Below, piece after piece: positions 16,215-25,872 of a stretch of 64,000 nucleotides of DNA. How positions within the stretch are numbered: the first letter of the stretch is position 1; each line of letters starts with the position of its first letter. Under the pieces are notes generated by a model that was given only the letters and a program-made list of their open reading frames with translations, ran no database searches and was not told the DNA's origin. The DNA is from a virus (taxonomy: Duplodnaviria; Heunggongvirae; Uroviricota; Caudoviricetes), in IMG/VR virus record IMGVR_UViG_3300017565_000001, positions 205,741-269,740 of that record. One strand, 5' to 3'. The position numbers and the translations under genes are program-made.

Positions 16215-16467
16215 AACCCTGTATGTTCTCATCAAAGATGGTGGTGATGGTAGCTCATATCCCTGCTACACGCTGGATTCGGATCTGATCGCCAAGTTGC
16301 AGGAAGCTCACGATAACGATCGAATGGATTATGAAAACGGCATCGGTGTTGATGGTGATGGTTTTCATTACGACACCATTCAAGTCCCTGATGATGCCAC
16401 TCCGGAATCCCTGGGAATCAGTGTGATCGATTCGAGTCGCTATTCACATCTGTTTGAAGATCAATAA
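16207..16467 (+). CDS. hypothetical protein
   Basis: AAGGA RBS. Confidence 0.75.
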   Translation: MSKTLYVLIKDGGDGSSYPCYTLDSDLIAKLQEAHDNDRMDYENGIGVDGDGFHYDTIQVPDDATPESLGISVIDSSRYSHLFEDQ

Positions 16468-16475
16468 ATACCCCT

Positions 16476-16571
16476 GGTAGCGAGCATTGGTATGCGGCTG
16501 GAGCTTATACCTCCGGGAGACTGGTCAGATGGGCTGGAACGATGAGGGTTCGATTCCCCACGCTACTACCA
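16476..16571 (+). tRNA. atypical tRNA-Ile(TAT)
   Basis: TGGAG-CTTATAC-CTCCG arm, tiny D-arm, long variable region, ACCA. Confidence 0.65.
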
Positions 16572-16658
16572 TGATTTACCAAGTTTGACAACCAGATGAT
16601 TTGTGTTATCATCTGGCATGTTTCGCGCAATGCGACCGTCAAATACTTGGAGATCGAT

Positions 16659-17057
16659 ATGGAAAAGCTTTTCATCATCACTGAAACTTGGGGTCGCTAC
16701 GAGGAGGCCACTGTGACAAATGTGGGTGTGGCACTCACTGAAGAGCGAGCCCAACAAGAAGTTGAGCGGCTCACACAACTCCAATCCAACGCAATAAAAG
16801 AATACCAGGATTTCGAACAAGAGATCGTGGGCCCGTTGCGAGCAACGCCAGAATATCGTTCGTACGTTTACGGGCCTGGCAAGATCACCATAGACGAACT
16901 CCTTGAGTTTGCTGTGAAGCAGTTGGGCGACAAATGGCGCGAATTTCACGAGAAGTGGGGTCACGAAGTTCCTGAGATCACCTACAATGCGATCTTTATT
17001 CGCCGCCGCCCGAACGATTACGTTTTTGAATATGAAGAGGTGCCAGTAATTGATTAG
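16659..17057 (+). CDS. hypothetical protein
   Basis: GGAG RBS. Confidence 0.75.
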   Translation: MEKLFIITETWGRYEEATVTNVGVALTEERAQQEVERLTQLQSNAIKEYQDFEQEIVGPLRATPEYRSYVYGPGKITIDELLEFAVKQLGDKWREFHEKWGHEVPEITYNAIFIRRRPNDYVFEYEEVPVID

Positions 17058-17448
17058 TGGGCTATTTTCCCTGGTCGAACACGACAGTGATTACGAATGG
17101 TCAACATCACAAGTAATCGCTGTATCGGAATCTTACGAACGGCTTGAGGCTTATAAGGCCGAGAAGGAGGCGTGGCTGGCAATTGAGCGAGCATTTAAGG
17201 ATGAGCTCTACGATGTCGCAAATCAATGCCGTAAAGAAGAGCCCAGTTATGACATTTCAGATTCAGATGAATTTATGTATCAGTTGACGTTGTGGGCCCA
17301 CAACATTCTGAAGCCTGCCTATTTGGAGATTTACGCAAAGTATGGCAAGGAGTTCCCAGTAGAATGGGATTGGATAAATGAAACTCATATTCGTCGATTG
17401 CACAATATGAGATATGAAATCACACAAAACGAAATCATTTTGGTATAG
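17050..17448 (+). CDS. hypothetical protein
   Basis: GAGG RBS, TTG start. Confidence 0.65.
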   Translation: MISGLFSLVEHDSDYEWSTSQVIAVSESYERLEAYKAEKEAWLAIERAFKDELYDVANQCRKEEPSYDISDSDEFMYQLTLWAHNILKPAYLEIYAKYGKEFPVEWDWINETHIRRLHNMRYEITQNEIILV

Positions 17449-17457
17449 GAGAAAATC

Positions 17458-17673
17458 ATGATTGGTGATACGAACAACACGATGGCTGGTCTGATGATTG
17501 GCGGCCCCAATGCCACCATTTATGTGTCGGCTGATATGCATGGACGCGATATCGAGGCCATCATCTACGGCATCTGCAGGCAAAACGGTGATGAACCCGA
17601 CGAATACACGGTCACTGAAGTGAATCTCACAGTTGAGGTATCACCGCAAGCAGTTGTTACTGACGGCGCATAA
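17458..17673 (+). CDS. hypothetical protein
   Basis: AGGAG RBS. Confidence 0.75.
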   Translation: MIGDTNNTMAGLMIGGPNATIYVSADMHGRDIEAIIYGICRQNGDEPDEYTVTEVNLTVEVSPQAVVTDGA

Positions 17674-17747
17674 TTCCGCCATGTAACCTTGACGAGTTGC
17701 TTGAGCTCAATGTACTGTCATTACGGTACTAACCCAAGGAGCTTCAC

Positions 17748-18188
17748 ATGGCAGCTACGCAGGAACGAAAGACCAAGGCATCACCACCCAAGACCATCGA
17801 CCGAGATTCGATTCCGGCCCGAATAGCAACGGGTGTTGGTGATCTGAAAATCCCCTTCCCATCGAAAGCATATTTCGGTGATGCGACGGGGTTTTCGTTT
17901 GATGGATGCAAGAAGCTGCATCGTCAGTTGACTGACATTCTGACCCGCAATAACGTTCATCTTCGTATTGTGGGGGCTGAAGCTGACGGGTCGTTCGTCG
18001 CTGTCCTGGGTGACATTGATCACCCTATCCTGTTGTGGGAAAACTACGTTCAGGACGGGAGGAGTGAACACACCTTGTATTTTGACAAGATGTCCATGCC
18101 CTTGCTTCCTTTCTTGGAAAAGCCTGAGAATGAGCAGGACATTCTACTCAGACCCATCATCCTGCAGGCGTGGGTCCTCCCAGATTGA
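17748..18188 (+). CDS. hypothetical protein (paralog of next)
   Basis: PILLWENY..LYFD motif. Confidence 0.75.
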   Translation: MAATQERKTKASPPKTIDRDSIPARIATGVGDLKIPFPSKAYFGDATGFSFDGCKKLHRQLTDILTRNNVHLRIVGAEADGSFVAVLGDIDHPILLWENYVQDGRSEHTLYFDKMSMPLLPFLEKPENEQDILLRPIILQAWVLPD

Positions 18189-18242
18189 CGCCATGTGAAA
18201 CCTTCAGTATCATCTGGCCTCTAGATCCCTGGAGGTTTCACA

Positions 18243-18683
18243 ATGTTGTATCCCGCTCGCCTGAACGTAAACACTAAAACTAAGAAATCGATAGCGTTCT
18301 ATCAAGCGGAAGTATATGACCCCAAAGAGTTTGACTTTCAGCGTCAAACTACCAACTATGAAAACATTCAAGCCGCATTGGCTCTGATTGGTACCAAGTT
18401 GTCGGTTGTGGGGATCGAATATTTTGATTCTTATACCCGCACTTGGGGTCACCGCGCCGAGATGCGCAAGCAGCGTTTTCGTTTCGTTGCATTTGCTGGG
18501 CCAGCCAGCAACCCCTTCTTTATCTGGCAGAAGTACGAAGGTGCGAATCCCGCAGGTGCTCAAAATATGATTTATTTTGATGGGCAGGAATATCGTTTGT
18601 CTGACTTCCTCAGCCAGATTAATCGAGATGGCGATGCTATACTGGAATGCGTACGGTTCAAAGCCATTATTTGGGAGTCATAG
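18243..18683 (+). CDS. hypothetical protein (paralog of previous)
   Basis: PFFIWQKY..IYFD motif, GGAGG RBS. Confidence 0.75.
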   Translation: MLYPARLNVNTKTKKSIAFYQAEVYDPKEFDFQRQTTNYENIQAALALIGTKLSVVGIEYFDSYTRTWGHRAEMRKQRFRFVAFAGPASNPFFIWQKYEGANPAGAQNMIYFDGQEYRLSDFLSQINRDGDAILECVRFKAIIWES

Positions 18684-18934
18684 TGCCGCCTGATTATTTG
18701 AAGTGGGTTTTCTTTACCATAGTCGCATTCGTGATTGTCTTCACGCAACTGCGAGCAAGACACTACCGTGATAATGGCCCAAAATGGAAGATGCATTCAC
18801 TGCTGTGGGGTGGATACGCTGCCGTATATTTGTCCCTGACCGGTATTATGTGGGTGCAGGGATGGACCAACGGTTATGACCTCCTATGGATCGTTGACGG
18901 GTTCCAAGCCATGTATCACGTATTCACGGCATAA
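18683..18934 (+). CDS. membrane protein
   Basis: GTG start, hydrophobic. Confidence 0.55.
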   Translation: MPPDYLKWVFFTIVAFVIVFTQLRARHYRDNGPKWKMHSLLWGGYAAVYLSLTGIMWVQGWTNGYDLLWIVDGFQAMYHVFTA

Positions 18935-18937
18935 CAA

Positions 18938-19222
18938 ATGAGATTTCGCAACATCTGGTTGGCCTTCAAAGATCAACTACCACTCAGCCGGTTGATCAGA
19001 AACATTCGCAAGGGCCATTTGATTGGTTTGTTGAGTCAACGTTCACACCTGACTGCAAATGGCGCCCCAAAGATCGCCTATTCTTCCAAGGCTAGTGCCA
19101 CGAAGGCCGCTGAAAAGATGAAACAGAAAACTGGCAACTATTTCAGCAACTACAAATGCCTGCATTGTGACGGCTATCATATTGGTAAGAACAGTGAGAA
19201 CAAAGGTATTGATCCCAAGTAA
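18938..19222 (+). CDS. hypothetical protein with YKCxxCxGYHIG motif
   Basis: C-terminal metal-binding motif. Confidence 0.7.
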   Translation: MRFRNIWLAFKDQLPLSRLIRNIRKGHLIGLLSQRSHLTANGAPKIAYSSKASATKAAEKMKQKTGNYFSNYKCLHCDGYHIGKNSENKGIDPK

Positions 19223-19398
19223 ATAATATGCCACACTGATGGCATATAGGGAGCGAGGAAATGAAGGAATTCAAGACGCAGTTGAAGTACATGTGGACCT
19301 TTTTCATGGTCGACGTGAAACTGTACTTTCGCCCCCTGACATGGCTTTATGGTCGTTTACGAGCATTGATTACTCGTAAGTGATCAACCAGAATCCCA

Positions 19399-19513
19399 GG
19401 TTGGTTTCAGCAAACAAAACTTACTCTTCTGCAAAAAGAAAGGCCCAGGTTCGAATCCTGGCGTGGGGTTGGGATCCTACGTGGTGTAGTGGATAGCACA
19501 AAACATACCAACC
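19399..19513 (+). ncRNA. permuted tRNA-like CAGCAA RNA (YrlA-like topology)
   Basis: GGTTGGT/ACCAACC stem, TTCAGCAA, TCTT-CTGCAAA-AAGA hairpin, T-arm CCAGG-TTCGAAT-CCTGG, looped acceptor, D-arm; promoter TTGATT-17-CAGAAT. Confidence 0.8.
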
Positions 19514-19592
19514 AGTTATTAGGAAAACCTTGCTTTGTTCACCAAATGAATGTATTATTTGATACATGGTAAACAACAGCAAGGAGCACAAC

Positions 19593-19901
19593 ATGGCTAA
19601 GAACGTAATCGTCGAATCGGTGTCGAAGACCGATCAAGATGTGTGTTTGCACATTATCGAAGTCATCGAAGGCAAGAAGATCAAGTTCGACATTCGTTCG
19701 AATTCCATCAAGCTGCAATGCCATGCCCGCGTTCACGTGTGGAATGACGTGGCCCAGAACTGGAATCTCATCCACTATATCTTCCCGCAAGTAATGCAAA
19801 CGAGCAAAAGCCTTTGCTACGGTCCTGACGTCTGCACCGTGGAAGACTTCGCAACCGACCTGGCTGAACTGCGTCGTGTTGCTCTTGCGGTGTTATCGTA
19901 A
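19593..19901 (+). CDS. hypothetical protein
   Basis: AAGGAG RBS, CCAAATGAA-type promoter. Confidence 0.8.
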   Translation: MAKNVIVESVSKTDQDVCLHIIEVIEGKKIKFDIRSNSIKLQCHARVHVWNDVAQNWNLIHYIFPQVMQTSKSLCYGPDVCTVEDFATDLAELRRVALAVLS

Positions 19902-19908
19902 TAATCAA

Positions 19909-20000
19909 GCGGGCGTGGCGAAGCTGGTTGAAACGCATGGGACTTAAAATCCCACACTGATAAGGTCACACCGTGGGTTCGATTCCCACCGCCCGCACCA
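19909..20000 (+). tRNA. tRNA-Leu(TAA)
   Basis: TGGGA-CTTAAAA-TCCCA, long variable arm, CCA; terminator 20005-20031. Confidence 0.93.
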
Positions 20001-20090
20001 TTACAAAGGCCAGTCATATGACTGGCCTTTTCTATTGACTCAAAGATGTGAAACGCCATACAATGTGGCAACTATATTTGGAGAACAACA

Positions 20091-20498
20091 ATGAAAATTG
20101 GTTTCAGCTTCGGACGTTGCATTCGTGACATCGTAAACGGTACGGTGAACATCGATGATGTGATGTGCGTCATCGCCCGCACACAAGTCACCCGAGAACA
20201 ACTGGGCTGGCTGGTTGATGAGTACCTGTTCCGTCCAGGTTATCTGGATGGTCTCGAGCGCGAAGCATGTGTGAAGGTGGCGGAAGAGCTTATGGATCGA
20301 GGTTTGATTCATCAACCGCGAGTTTCGGGTTCGTATCGTTCGATGGTGTCTCCGAAGTTTGTGTGGATGGATCTTGTCCCAACTGACGCGGCAAATAACT
20401 ATCCGGCCGTTCAAGAGGCCTGGGAGAGTTATCAGACAGTTCTGCGACTGGCTATTGATGGGCAACTTCCTGATGCCTCCCACGCTCCCAGGAATTGA
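20091..20498 (+). CDS. phage hypothetical protein
   Basis: MKIGFSFGRCIRDIV, GGAG RBS. Confidence 0.8.
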   Translation: MKIGFSFGRCIRDIVNGTVNIDDVMCVIARTQVTREQLGWLVDEYLFRPGYLDGLEREACVKVAEELMDRGLIHQPRVSGSYRSMVSPKFVWMDLVPTDAANNYPAVQEAWESYQTVLRLAIDGQLPDASHAPRN

Positions 20499-20710
20499 TG
20501 CCAACTCCACAAGAAAAGGTGCGAGTCTATGAGCAATTGCTCCATGACTTGCACTTTCATCGCACCGTGACTATGAACCACCAAAAGGTGGTCGAGCTCT
20601 TGGATGCGATTAGCGCCTGGTCTATGGCTCACAGTGATGGTAATGGTGAGCGCTCACAAGGCGAAATAAGAAGAAAAATAAATTCAGCTTTTGAGGCACT
20701 GAAGAAATGA
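20498..20710 (+). CDS. hypothetical protein
   Basis: TGATG coupling. Confidence 0.7.
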   Translation: MPTPQEKVRVYEQLLHDLHFHRTVTMNHQKVVELLDAISAWSMAHSDGNGERSQGEIRRKINSAFEALKK

Positions 20711-20928
20711 CAGCAAGAAATGATATCACGGGCGATCTTATCGCCACTAAGGGTGTGACTGATGCATACCGGGACAATTGGGACCGCATCTTTGGTAAGA
20801 AGGAAGTTCAACAACCAGATGACCAAGGTCCAGAATTCTCAGACGGTTGTGATCACGAGGGATTTCCTGGTGGCTGCCAACGTTTTGGGCATACTGTTGA
20901 AACTTGCCCACACAAAGATACCAAGTAA
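20707..20928 (+). CDS. phage hypothetical protein
   Basis: NDITGD...Y..NWDRIFGKK motif. Confidence 0.75.
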   Translation: MTARNDITGDLIATKGVTDAYRDNWDRIFGKKEVQQPDDQGPEFSDGCDHEGFPGGCQRFGHTVETCPHKDTK

Positions 20929-21000
20929 GCATTGATCTTTGTATCATTTGGTAATAGAGTGGTGATCTGATAGGTCACCATTTTTATAGGAGAACGTTTC

Positions 21001-21444
21001 ATGACGACACTCGCAGAAATCAAATCCCGCCAACTCGCTGCCCGCAAGGCTGGCCTCGATACCGAAAAGAACCTGCTCACGACGCTGATCGGTGAAATCG
21101 AAACCGAACTGCGCAAGCCGGCCGCCAAACCCGAAGCGGAAGTCGTGACATCCACGATCAAGAGCTTCTTGAAGAAGGTCAACGAATTCACGGCCAGCGG
21201 TGTCACGGGTGATCGTCTTGACGCTCTGGTGGCCGAAAAGGCCATCCTGGAGTCCTTCCTGCCTCAGCAACTGGATCGCGATGGTCTGTTCACCAAGCTG
21301 TCGGAACTGGCTGACCAACAGACCGAACTGGGCCCCAAGTTCAAGGGTGTGGCGATGAAGTACCTGAAGGACAACTTCGCCAACCAGTACGACGGCAAGG
21401 AAGCCTCCGGCATCATCGACGAGATCATCAAGGCTGGCGCATGA
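21001..21444 (+). CDS. YqeY/GatB-domain protein
   Basis: AARKA..LLTTLIGEIE..E..ILESFLPQQL..G.AMKYLK. Confidence 0.8.
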   Translation: MTTLAEIKSRQLAARKAGLDTEKNLLTTLIGEIETELRKPAAKPEAEVVTSTIKSFLKKVNEFTASGVTGDRLDALVAEKAILESFLPQQLDRDGLFTKLSELADQQTELGPKFKGVAMKYLKDNFANQYDGKEASGIIDEIIKAGA

Positions 21445-21899
21445 GTAACTGGGTCAATTGCCCCATGTGTGGTGAATCTGATATGCTGAAGGATGGCGAT
21501 CAGGTCCACTGCACGAACATGAACTGCGGTTCGAAGGGTGGAACGAATTTCAAAGGAGTGAAGCCCATGACCCTGTTTCAAGCAGTAAAGACAGCAAGTC
21601 GGAAGGGAGACTTGATTGTTCCGCAGCGTTCGCCCTATGCTGTATTGGCTGCCGCTCAGGCCGAACTCGGTGAAACCGCTGAAGAAATTGCCATCTTGAT
21701 GGGCGACAGCTACAAGGAACCAGGCTACGATGGTCCTTTGGGTGAAGCCCTCGACACCATCATCAGTTTGTTGGATCTCATTCATGTGCTGGAACCCAAC
21801 ATGACGGAAGCAGAGCTGATGATGATCGCTAGTTCCAAGCTCAACAAATGGACTAGCAAACTGGAAGAAAACAAACACAAGTTCAAGAAGCTGCCATGA
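21441..21899 (+). CDS. MazG-like NTP pyrophosphatase with N-terminal Zn ribbon
   Basis: CPMC..C..C; ELGETAEE...EALD. Confidence 0.65.
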   Translation: MSNWVNCPMCGESDMLKDGDQVHCTNMNCGSKGGTNFKGVKPMTLFQAVKTASRKGDLIVPQRSPYAVLAAAQAELGETAEEIAILMGDSYKEPGYDGPLGEALDTIISLLDLIHVLEPNMTEAELMMIASSKLNKWTSKLEENKHKFKKLP

Positions 21900-22285
21900 A
21901 ATCATTCCTCAACAAACTGGAATTGTGGTGGATTCTCAAGTGGAATCCATCACTGAAGCTGAGTGGCATTCATACCAAAGAGTGCGACAAGGTCAACAAA
22001 CACGCACTTGCTGTTCTTTGCACCAAAGAGCAAATGCAATATGCTGGCAAAACCTACGCGCTGACGATGTTGATCGAAGTCAGAATCACGAACGATGGGG
22101 TGGGCCTTGACTGTGCTGGATTTGAATGGATGTGCGTGGATTGGCCGGGAACTGACACAATGCCAGTGTGCATGACCCCCGAACTTGATCGAAAGGCCGA
22201 GCTCCTTATGTACATTCATCTAGAACTTTTTGGAGCTGAAACCGCGGCCGACATTGTCCACCTGTGTGGATTTGAACTTCAGTAA
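21896..22285 (+). CDS. hypothetical protein
   Basis: ATGA coupling. Confidence 0.7.
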   Translation: MKSFLNKLELWWILKWNPSLKLSGIHTKECDKVNKHALAVLCTKEQMQYAGKTYALTMLIEVRITNDGVGLDCAGFEWMCVDWPGTDTMPVCMTPELDRKAELLMYIHLELFGAETAADIVHLCGFELQ

Positions 22286-22296
22286 GGAGAACAATC

Positions 22297-22857
22297 ATGG
22301 AAGCACCCATCATTTACATTCCGAAATTTGTTGCTGATCCTGATGTTGCTTTTCAGCAACTGTGGGATGAACTCGCGTGGGTGCGCCATGACAAGGTTCC
22401 CCGTCGCGAGTACTACTCCAACGACGTACCACAGCCCTACACTTACGGGTTGAAGGATTATGCTCGCACGTACGAGCCGCAGCCCTGGCACCCAGTCATG
22501 AAGACCCTACAGGTCATGCTGAAGGCAGAAACCGGCCATGACTTTGAAGTCTGTTTCTTGAACGGATATGAAGATCAGTCCGATCAGCTGGGTTGGCACT
22601 CCGACGATTCGCCGGAGATGGATGACAACCGTCCCATCGCAATCATCAGCCTGGGTGTTGAGCGTGAAATCCACTTCCGTGAAATCGGCAACAAGAGCAA
22701 CCAGAATGACATTCACAAGGTCAAGCTGGGACACGGCAGTCTGTGCTTGATGAATGCCGGAATGCAGGACACGCATCAGCACCGCATTCCCAAAGCATCG
22801 TTCATGTGCGGTGCTCGTATCAGTTTGACCTTCCGCGGTTACGTACCCAATAACTGA
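22297..22857 (+). CDS. AlkB-family 2OG-Fe(II) dioxygenase
   Basis: LNGY..GWHSDD..SLG.ER..HRIPK..RISLTFR. Confidence 0.9.
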   Translation: MEAPIIYIPKFVADPDVAFQQLWDELAWVRHDKVPRREYYSNDVPQPYTYGLKDYARTYEPQPWHPVMKTLQVMLKAETGHDFEVCFLNGYEDQSDQLGWHSDDSPEMDDNRPIAIISLGVEREIHFREIGNKSNQNDIHKVKLGHGSLCLMNAGMQDTHQHRIPKASFMCGARISLTFRGYVPNN

Positions 22858-22864
22858 GAATAGT

Positions 22865-23059
22865 ATGTCACAAATCGATACGGAACGGTACATTGACAAA
22901 TTCTATCCCGATGGGATTCCGGATAGTGTTCTCATATCCTTGTACTCGTACTACCAGCCTTTCACGGATCATTCCGAAGGTGCTGCGCGAAACATCTGCA
23001 TCTTGATTGAAGAAATCGCCAGGACCCGCGGTGTGATCCTACCCAAGTTGAATACTTGA
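22865..23059 (+). CDS. hypothetical protein (paralog of next)
   Basis: YPDGI..LY.YYQP..IEEIARTRG. Confidence 0.7.
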   Translation: MSQIDTERYIDKFYPDGIPDSVLISLYSYYQPFTDHSEGAARNICILIEEIARTRGVILPKLNT

Positions 23060-23072
23060 TGCGGAGAACCAC

Positions 23073-23291
23073 ATGAGCAAGAAGAACAAGGTACCGTATG
23101 AGCGTCACATTGACAGCATGTTCCCCGATGGCATTGTGGACGAGGCGCTTATCTATTTGTACACCCAATATCAACCTGTGGGGTCAGGACCGCTTGGCCC
23201 CATGAAAATGGTGTGCGTGATGATCGAAGAGATCGCGAAGACTCGTGGCATCGAATTGCCGGCCGCCAAGGGGACAGGATTCAAGGAATGA
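23073..23291 (+). CDS. hypothetical protein (paralog of previous)
   Basis: FPDGI..LY.QYQP..IEEIAKTRG. Confidence 0.75.
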   Translation: MSKKNKVPYERHIDSMFPDGIVDEALIYLYTQYQPVGSGPLGPMKMVCVMIEEIAKTRGIELPAAKGTGFKE

Positions 23292-23329
23292 TTCACACTT
23301 GGGATAAATCGTCGTAACTGGAGAACGTT

Positions 23330-23764
23330 ATGGCGACCCTTGTGGAAATCAATGATGCGGTAAACAGGCTCATAAAGGGCCTGCTTGAACCTGTGGGTGA
23401 AGACTTGTGGCAGACACCGCAAGAAACAATTCAACTTGGTACTGGTGACTGCGAAGACCTGGCTATCCTCAAATATATTCTTGCTCGTAGGGCAGGATAT
23501 GACGCCAAAGTTTTGGCGGTGCAAGTCGCTGGCTATGGTGCCCACGTTGTGTGTTTGATACAAAGCGGGAAGCACAAGTGGATACTAGACAACCTGGCTA
23601 CTGAGATCGTGGAGCTTGATGCCAGACTAGGCGTAGATATCCTGAAGTTGATCTCAGTCTCAAGCGAAGGTATGCCACATAATGATCCACGGTTTGATGA
23701 CATGATGGCTAGGGGTGTTGACCACCAGATCGTTGGTGAGTTCGAAAAGAAAGCCGGCCTATAA
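23330..23764 (+). CDS. transglutaminase-like cysteine peptidase (C93/BTLCP, LapG-like)
   Basis: WQTPQET..G.GDCEDLAILKY, H, ILDN triad motifs. Confidence 0.85.
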   Translation: MATLVEINDAVNRLIKGLLEPVGEDLWQTPQETIQLGTGDCEDLAILKYILARRAGYDAKVLAVQVAGYGAHVVCLIQSGKHKWILDNLATEIVELDARLGVDILKLISVSSEGMPHNDPRFDDMMARGVDHQIVGEFEKKAGL

Positions 23765-23844
23765 TCACCTTCTGAAGTATTGCCACTCCTTTCGTGCTAT
23801 CGTGTACGATATGAGTGGCAATCGCCATATCCAAAAGGACAACA

Positions 23845-25359
23845 ATGACAATCAAGACCGGTGACTATATTGAAATCCCCAAAGGCACTGATGTGTGGCA
23901 TGGTCCATATTTCAATGACTTCCCCATTCCATCGGGAAGAAAGATAGTAACCGAAGTGGTGAAAGTCACATCAGTGACGATCTATCAATACGAGGACCAC
24001 CAGAGCTATTGTGGACGGAATGCATCATCAAATAGTTTTCCTTTGCGGCGCAGTACGTCAAAACCTAGTGGCCACTGCCATTATGGTGCGCTACCCCACA
24101 ACTCCAGCCAAGTAAGTGACTATCCAACTGAGGCGGCGGCAAGAGCGGCATGGCCAAGCAACAGCAATAGCATAAAGGATTGGATGGAAGAATGGCATGC
24201 TTGGCAGGCCGAAGTCGCGTCATGCGTGATTGCTGAACAGTGCGACTTCGTGGAAATCAGTAAGAATCGTTTCGTTCGAGCATCTGATGTAGCTGTAGTG
24301 CCAGCCCCAGAAGTCAAAGCCAAGGAAGTAAAAGTCACCAACTACCAGAAGATGCAACCCAAGTCCGTGTGGAAGAGTGACACTGACATTCAACTGGTGA
24401 CATATGACTGGCGCGCGTTTAATGCGCCAGGTTCTCAGGTTGTTGAAAATAAACTCACACCCATCCCTGCAGGGACTCACTTCACAATCACTGGTAAGGC
24501 CAAGAAGCTCTTTCATCCCAACGGCACAACCGATTCCATATGGTCACAAATGCAGAACGCATTCCCTATCGAATTCGTGGCAGTGACCGGAAAGAAGGTC
24601 AAGTCGTGGGCATTTTATCGACTGATCGAGAATGCGGAAATGGTGAAAGGTCCCGAAGTTGTTCCCGAGTTCGTATTGCTTGATACTGCGACTGGAAAGT
24701 TCTATACCGGTAATCCGTATGGATACGATACCACTCAAGAAATGTGGACAAATGCAGGCCTTTCGTATTCGGATCGCTACTCCAAGGCCAAGAAATTCAA
24801 ACGCCTTTCTGATGTCAGGGCCCACCTGTTGATTCAGAGTGGTTATTATTACGACCTCCATGAAAGCTGGGGAGCCGTTCCTGACTGGATGTGCCAATCC
24901 AAATCATTCGATGTTCCTGATACCTGGGTCATAGTCAAGTACGACAAGCTGACCAAGGTTGAAATGGAACGCATCGAAGCCCTCGACACGTTCAATCGAG
25001 CATGGAAACTTCGTGATCTGACCGTAAAGTATGGTAGTGCGGTCCGAAAGCTATACGGCGACTTGGACAAGAAGGGTGAGGTCGACAAATGGTCGGCTGC
25101 GATGTTCTATGTGGGTAAGAAGGAAGACACCACGTGGAATAGCATTTGGTACGAGGAGTTCTCTGACGAAAAGAAAAAAGAATTCCGAGAACTCACCAAG
25201 CAATTCGACAAGGATACGGCAAAGCTGGTTATGGGTAAGACTTCGGCCGCCATTGCTATCAAGGATCTGGAAACGGCGGTGATGCTCAGGCTTACGATGG
25301 ACACTAGTGAGTGGCTAGTCGTAGATTTCAAAACAATGACAGAGGTAGTGGAAAAGTAA
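23845..25359 (+). CDS. large hypothetical protein (504 aa)
   Basis: long ORF, AAGGA RBS. Confidence 0.85.
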   Translation: MTIKTGDYIEIPKGTDVWHGPYFNDFPIPSGRKIVTEVVKVTSVTIYQYEDHQSYCGRNASSNSFPLRRSTSKPSGHCHYGALPHNSSQVSDYPTEAAARAAWPSNSNSIKDWMEEWHAWQAEVASCVIAEQCDFVEISKNRFVRASDVAVVPAPEVKAKEVKVTNYQKMQPKSVWKSDTDIQLVTYDWRAFNAPGSQVVENKLTPIPAGTHFTITGKAKKLFHPNGTTDSIWSQMQNAFPIEFVAVTGKKVKSWAFYRLIENAEMVKGPEVVPEFVLLDTATGKFYTGNPYGYDTTQEMWTNAGLSYSDRYSKAKKFKRLSDVRAHLLIQSGYYYDLHESWGAVPDWMCQSKSFDVPDTWVIVKYDKLTKVEMERIEALDTFNRAWKLRDLTVKYGSAVRKLYGDLDKKGEVDKWSAAMFYVGKKEDTTWNSIWYEEFSDEKKKEFRELTKQFDKDTAKLVMGKTSAAIAIKDLETAVMLRLTMDTSEWLVVDFKTMTEVVEK

Positions 25360-25872
25360 ATGTTCACATTGAAAATTGGTGGTAAGTTGGATCGCTTCAT
25401 GAAAGAATGCGATGCATGGAAGCAAGCGTCGGCCGACGAAAAGGTAAACGGTTGTTTATTCCTGCGTTCTTTCCTGATCGCTAGTCTCAAGTACCTGATT
25501 GGCATTGCGATCATAGCGATAATGATTGTGGCTTTTTGGGCATTCTTTCGCTTCGCCGGTGAAGCAGTAGTCGCCTTGTGGCTACACTTTGTTCAAGGCA
25601 TGGAAAAAGAACAGATCGATAGCTTCGTGGAAAAACACGTGATATGGTTTTGGTTCGTGCCTCATATATTGGCGGCTGTGTGGTCAGTGATCTATCAAGC
25701 CATAAGAAAATGGCGGGATAATACTCGAAGTGCCCGTATCCGACAAAAGGAACTCCAAGAAGATTTGCGGAAATCCTTGCCACCTCCGCCACCCAGACAG
25801 CCCAATAAGGTGATCTTGATTCTTAAGGCTTTGGCTGGTAGAGCTTGCTTTAAGATCAACGTGGTGAAATAA
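25360..25872 (+). CDS. membrane protein
   Basis: two hydrophobic helices. Confidence 0.75.
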   Translation: MFTLKIGGKLDRFMKECDAWKQASADEKVNGCLFLRSFLIASLKYLIGIAIIAIMIVAFWAFFRFAGEAVVALWLHFVQGMEKEQIDSFVEKHVIWFWFVPHILAAVWSVIYQAIRKWRDNTRSARIRQKELQEDLRKSLPPPPPRQPNKVILILKALAGRACFKINVVK

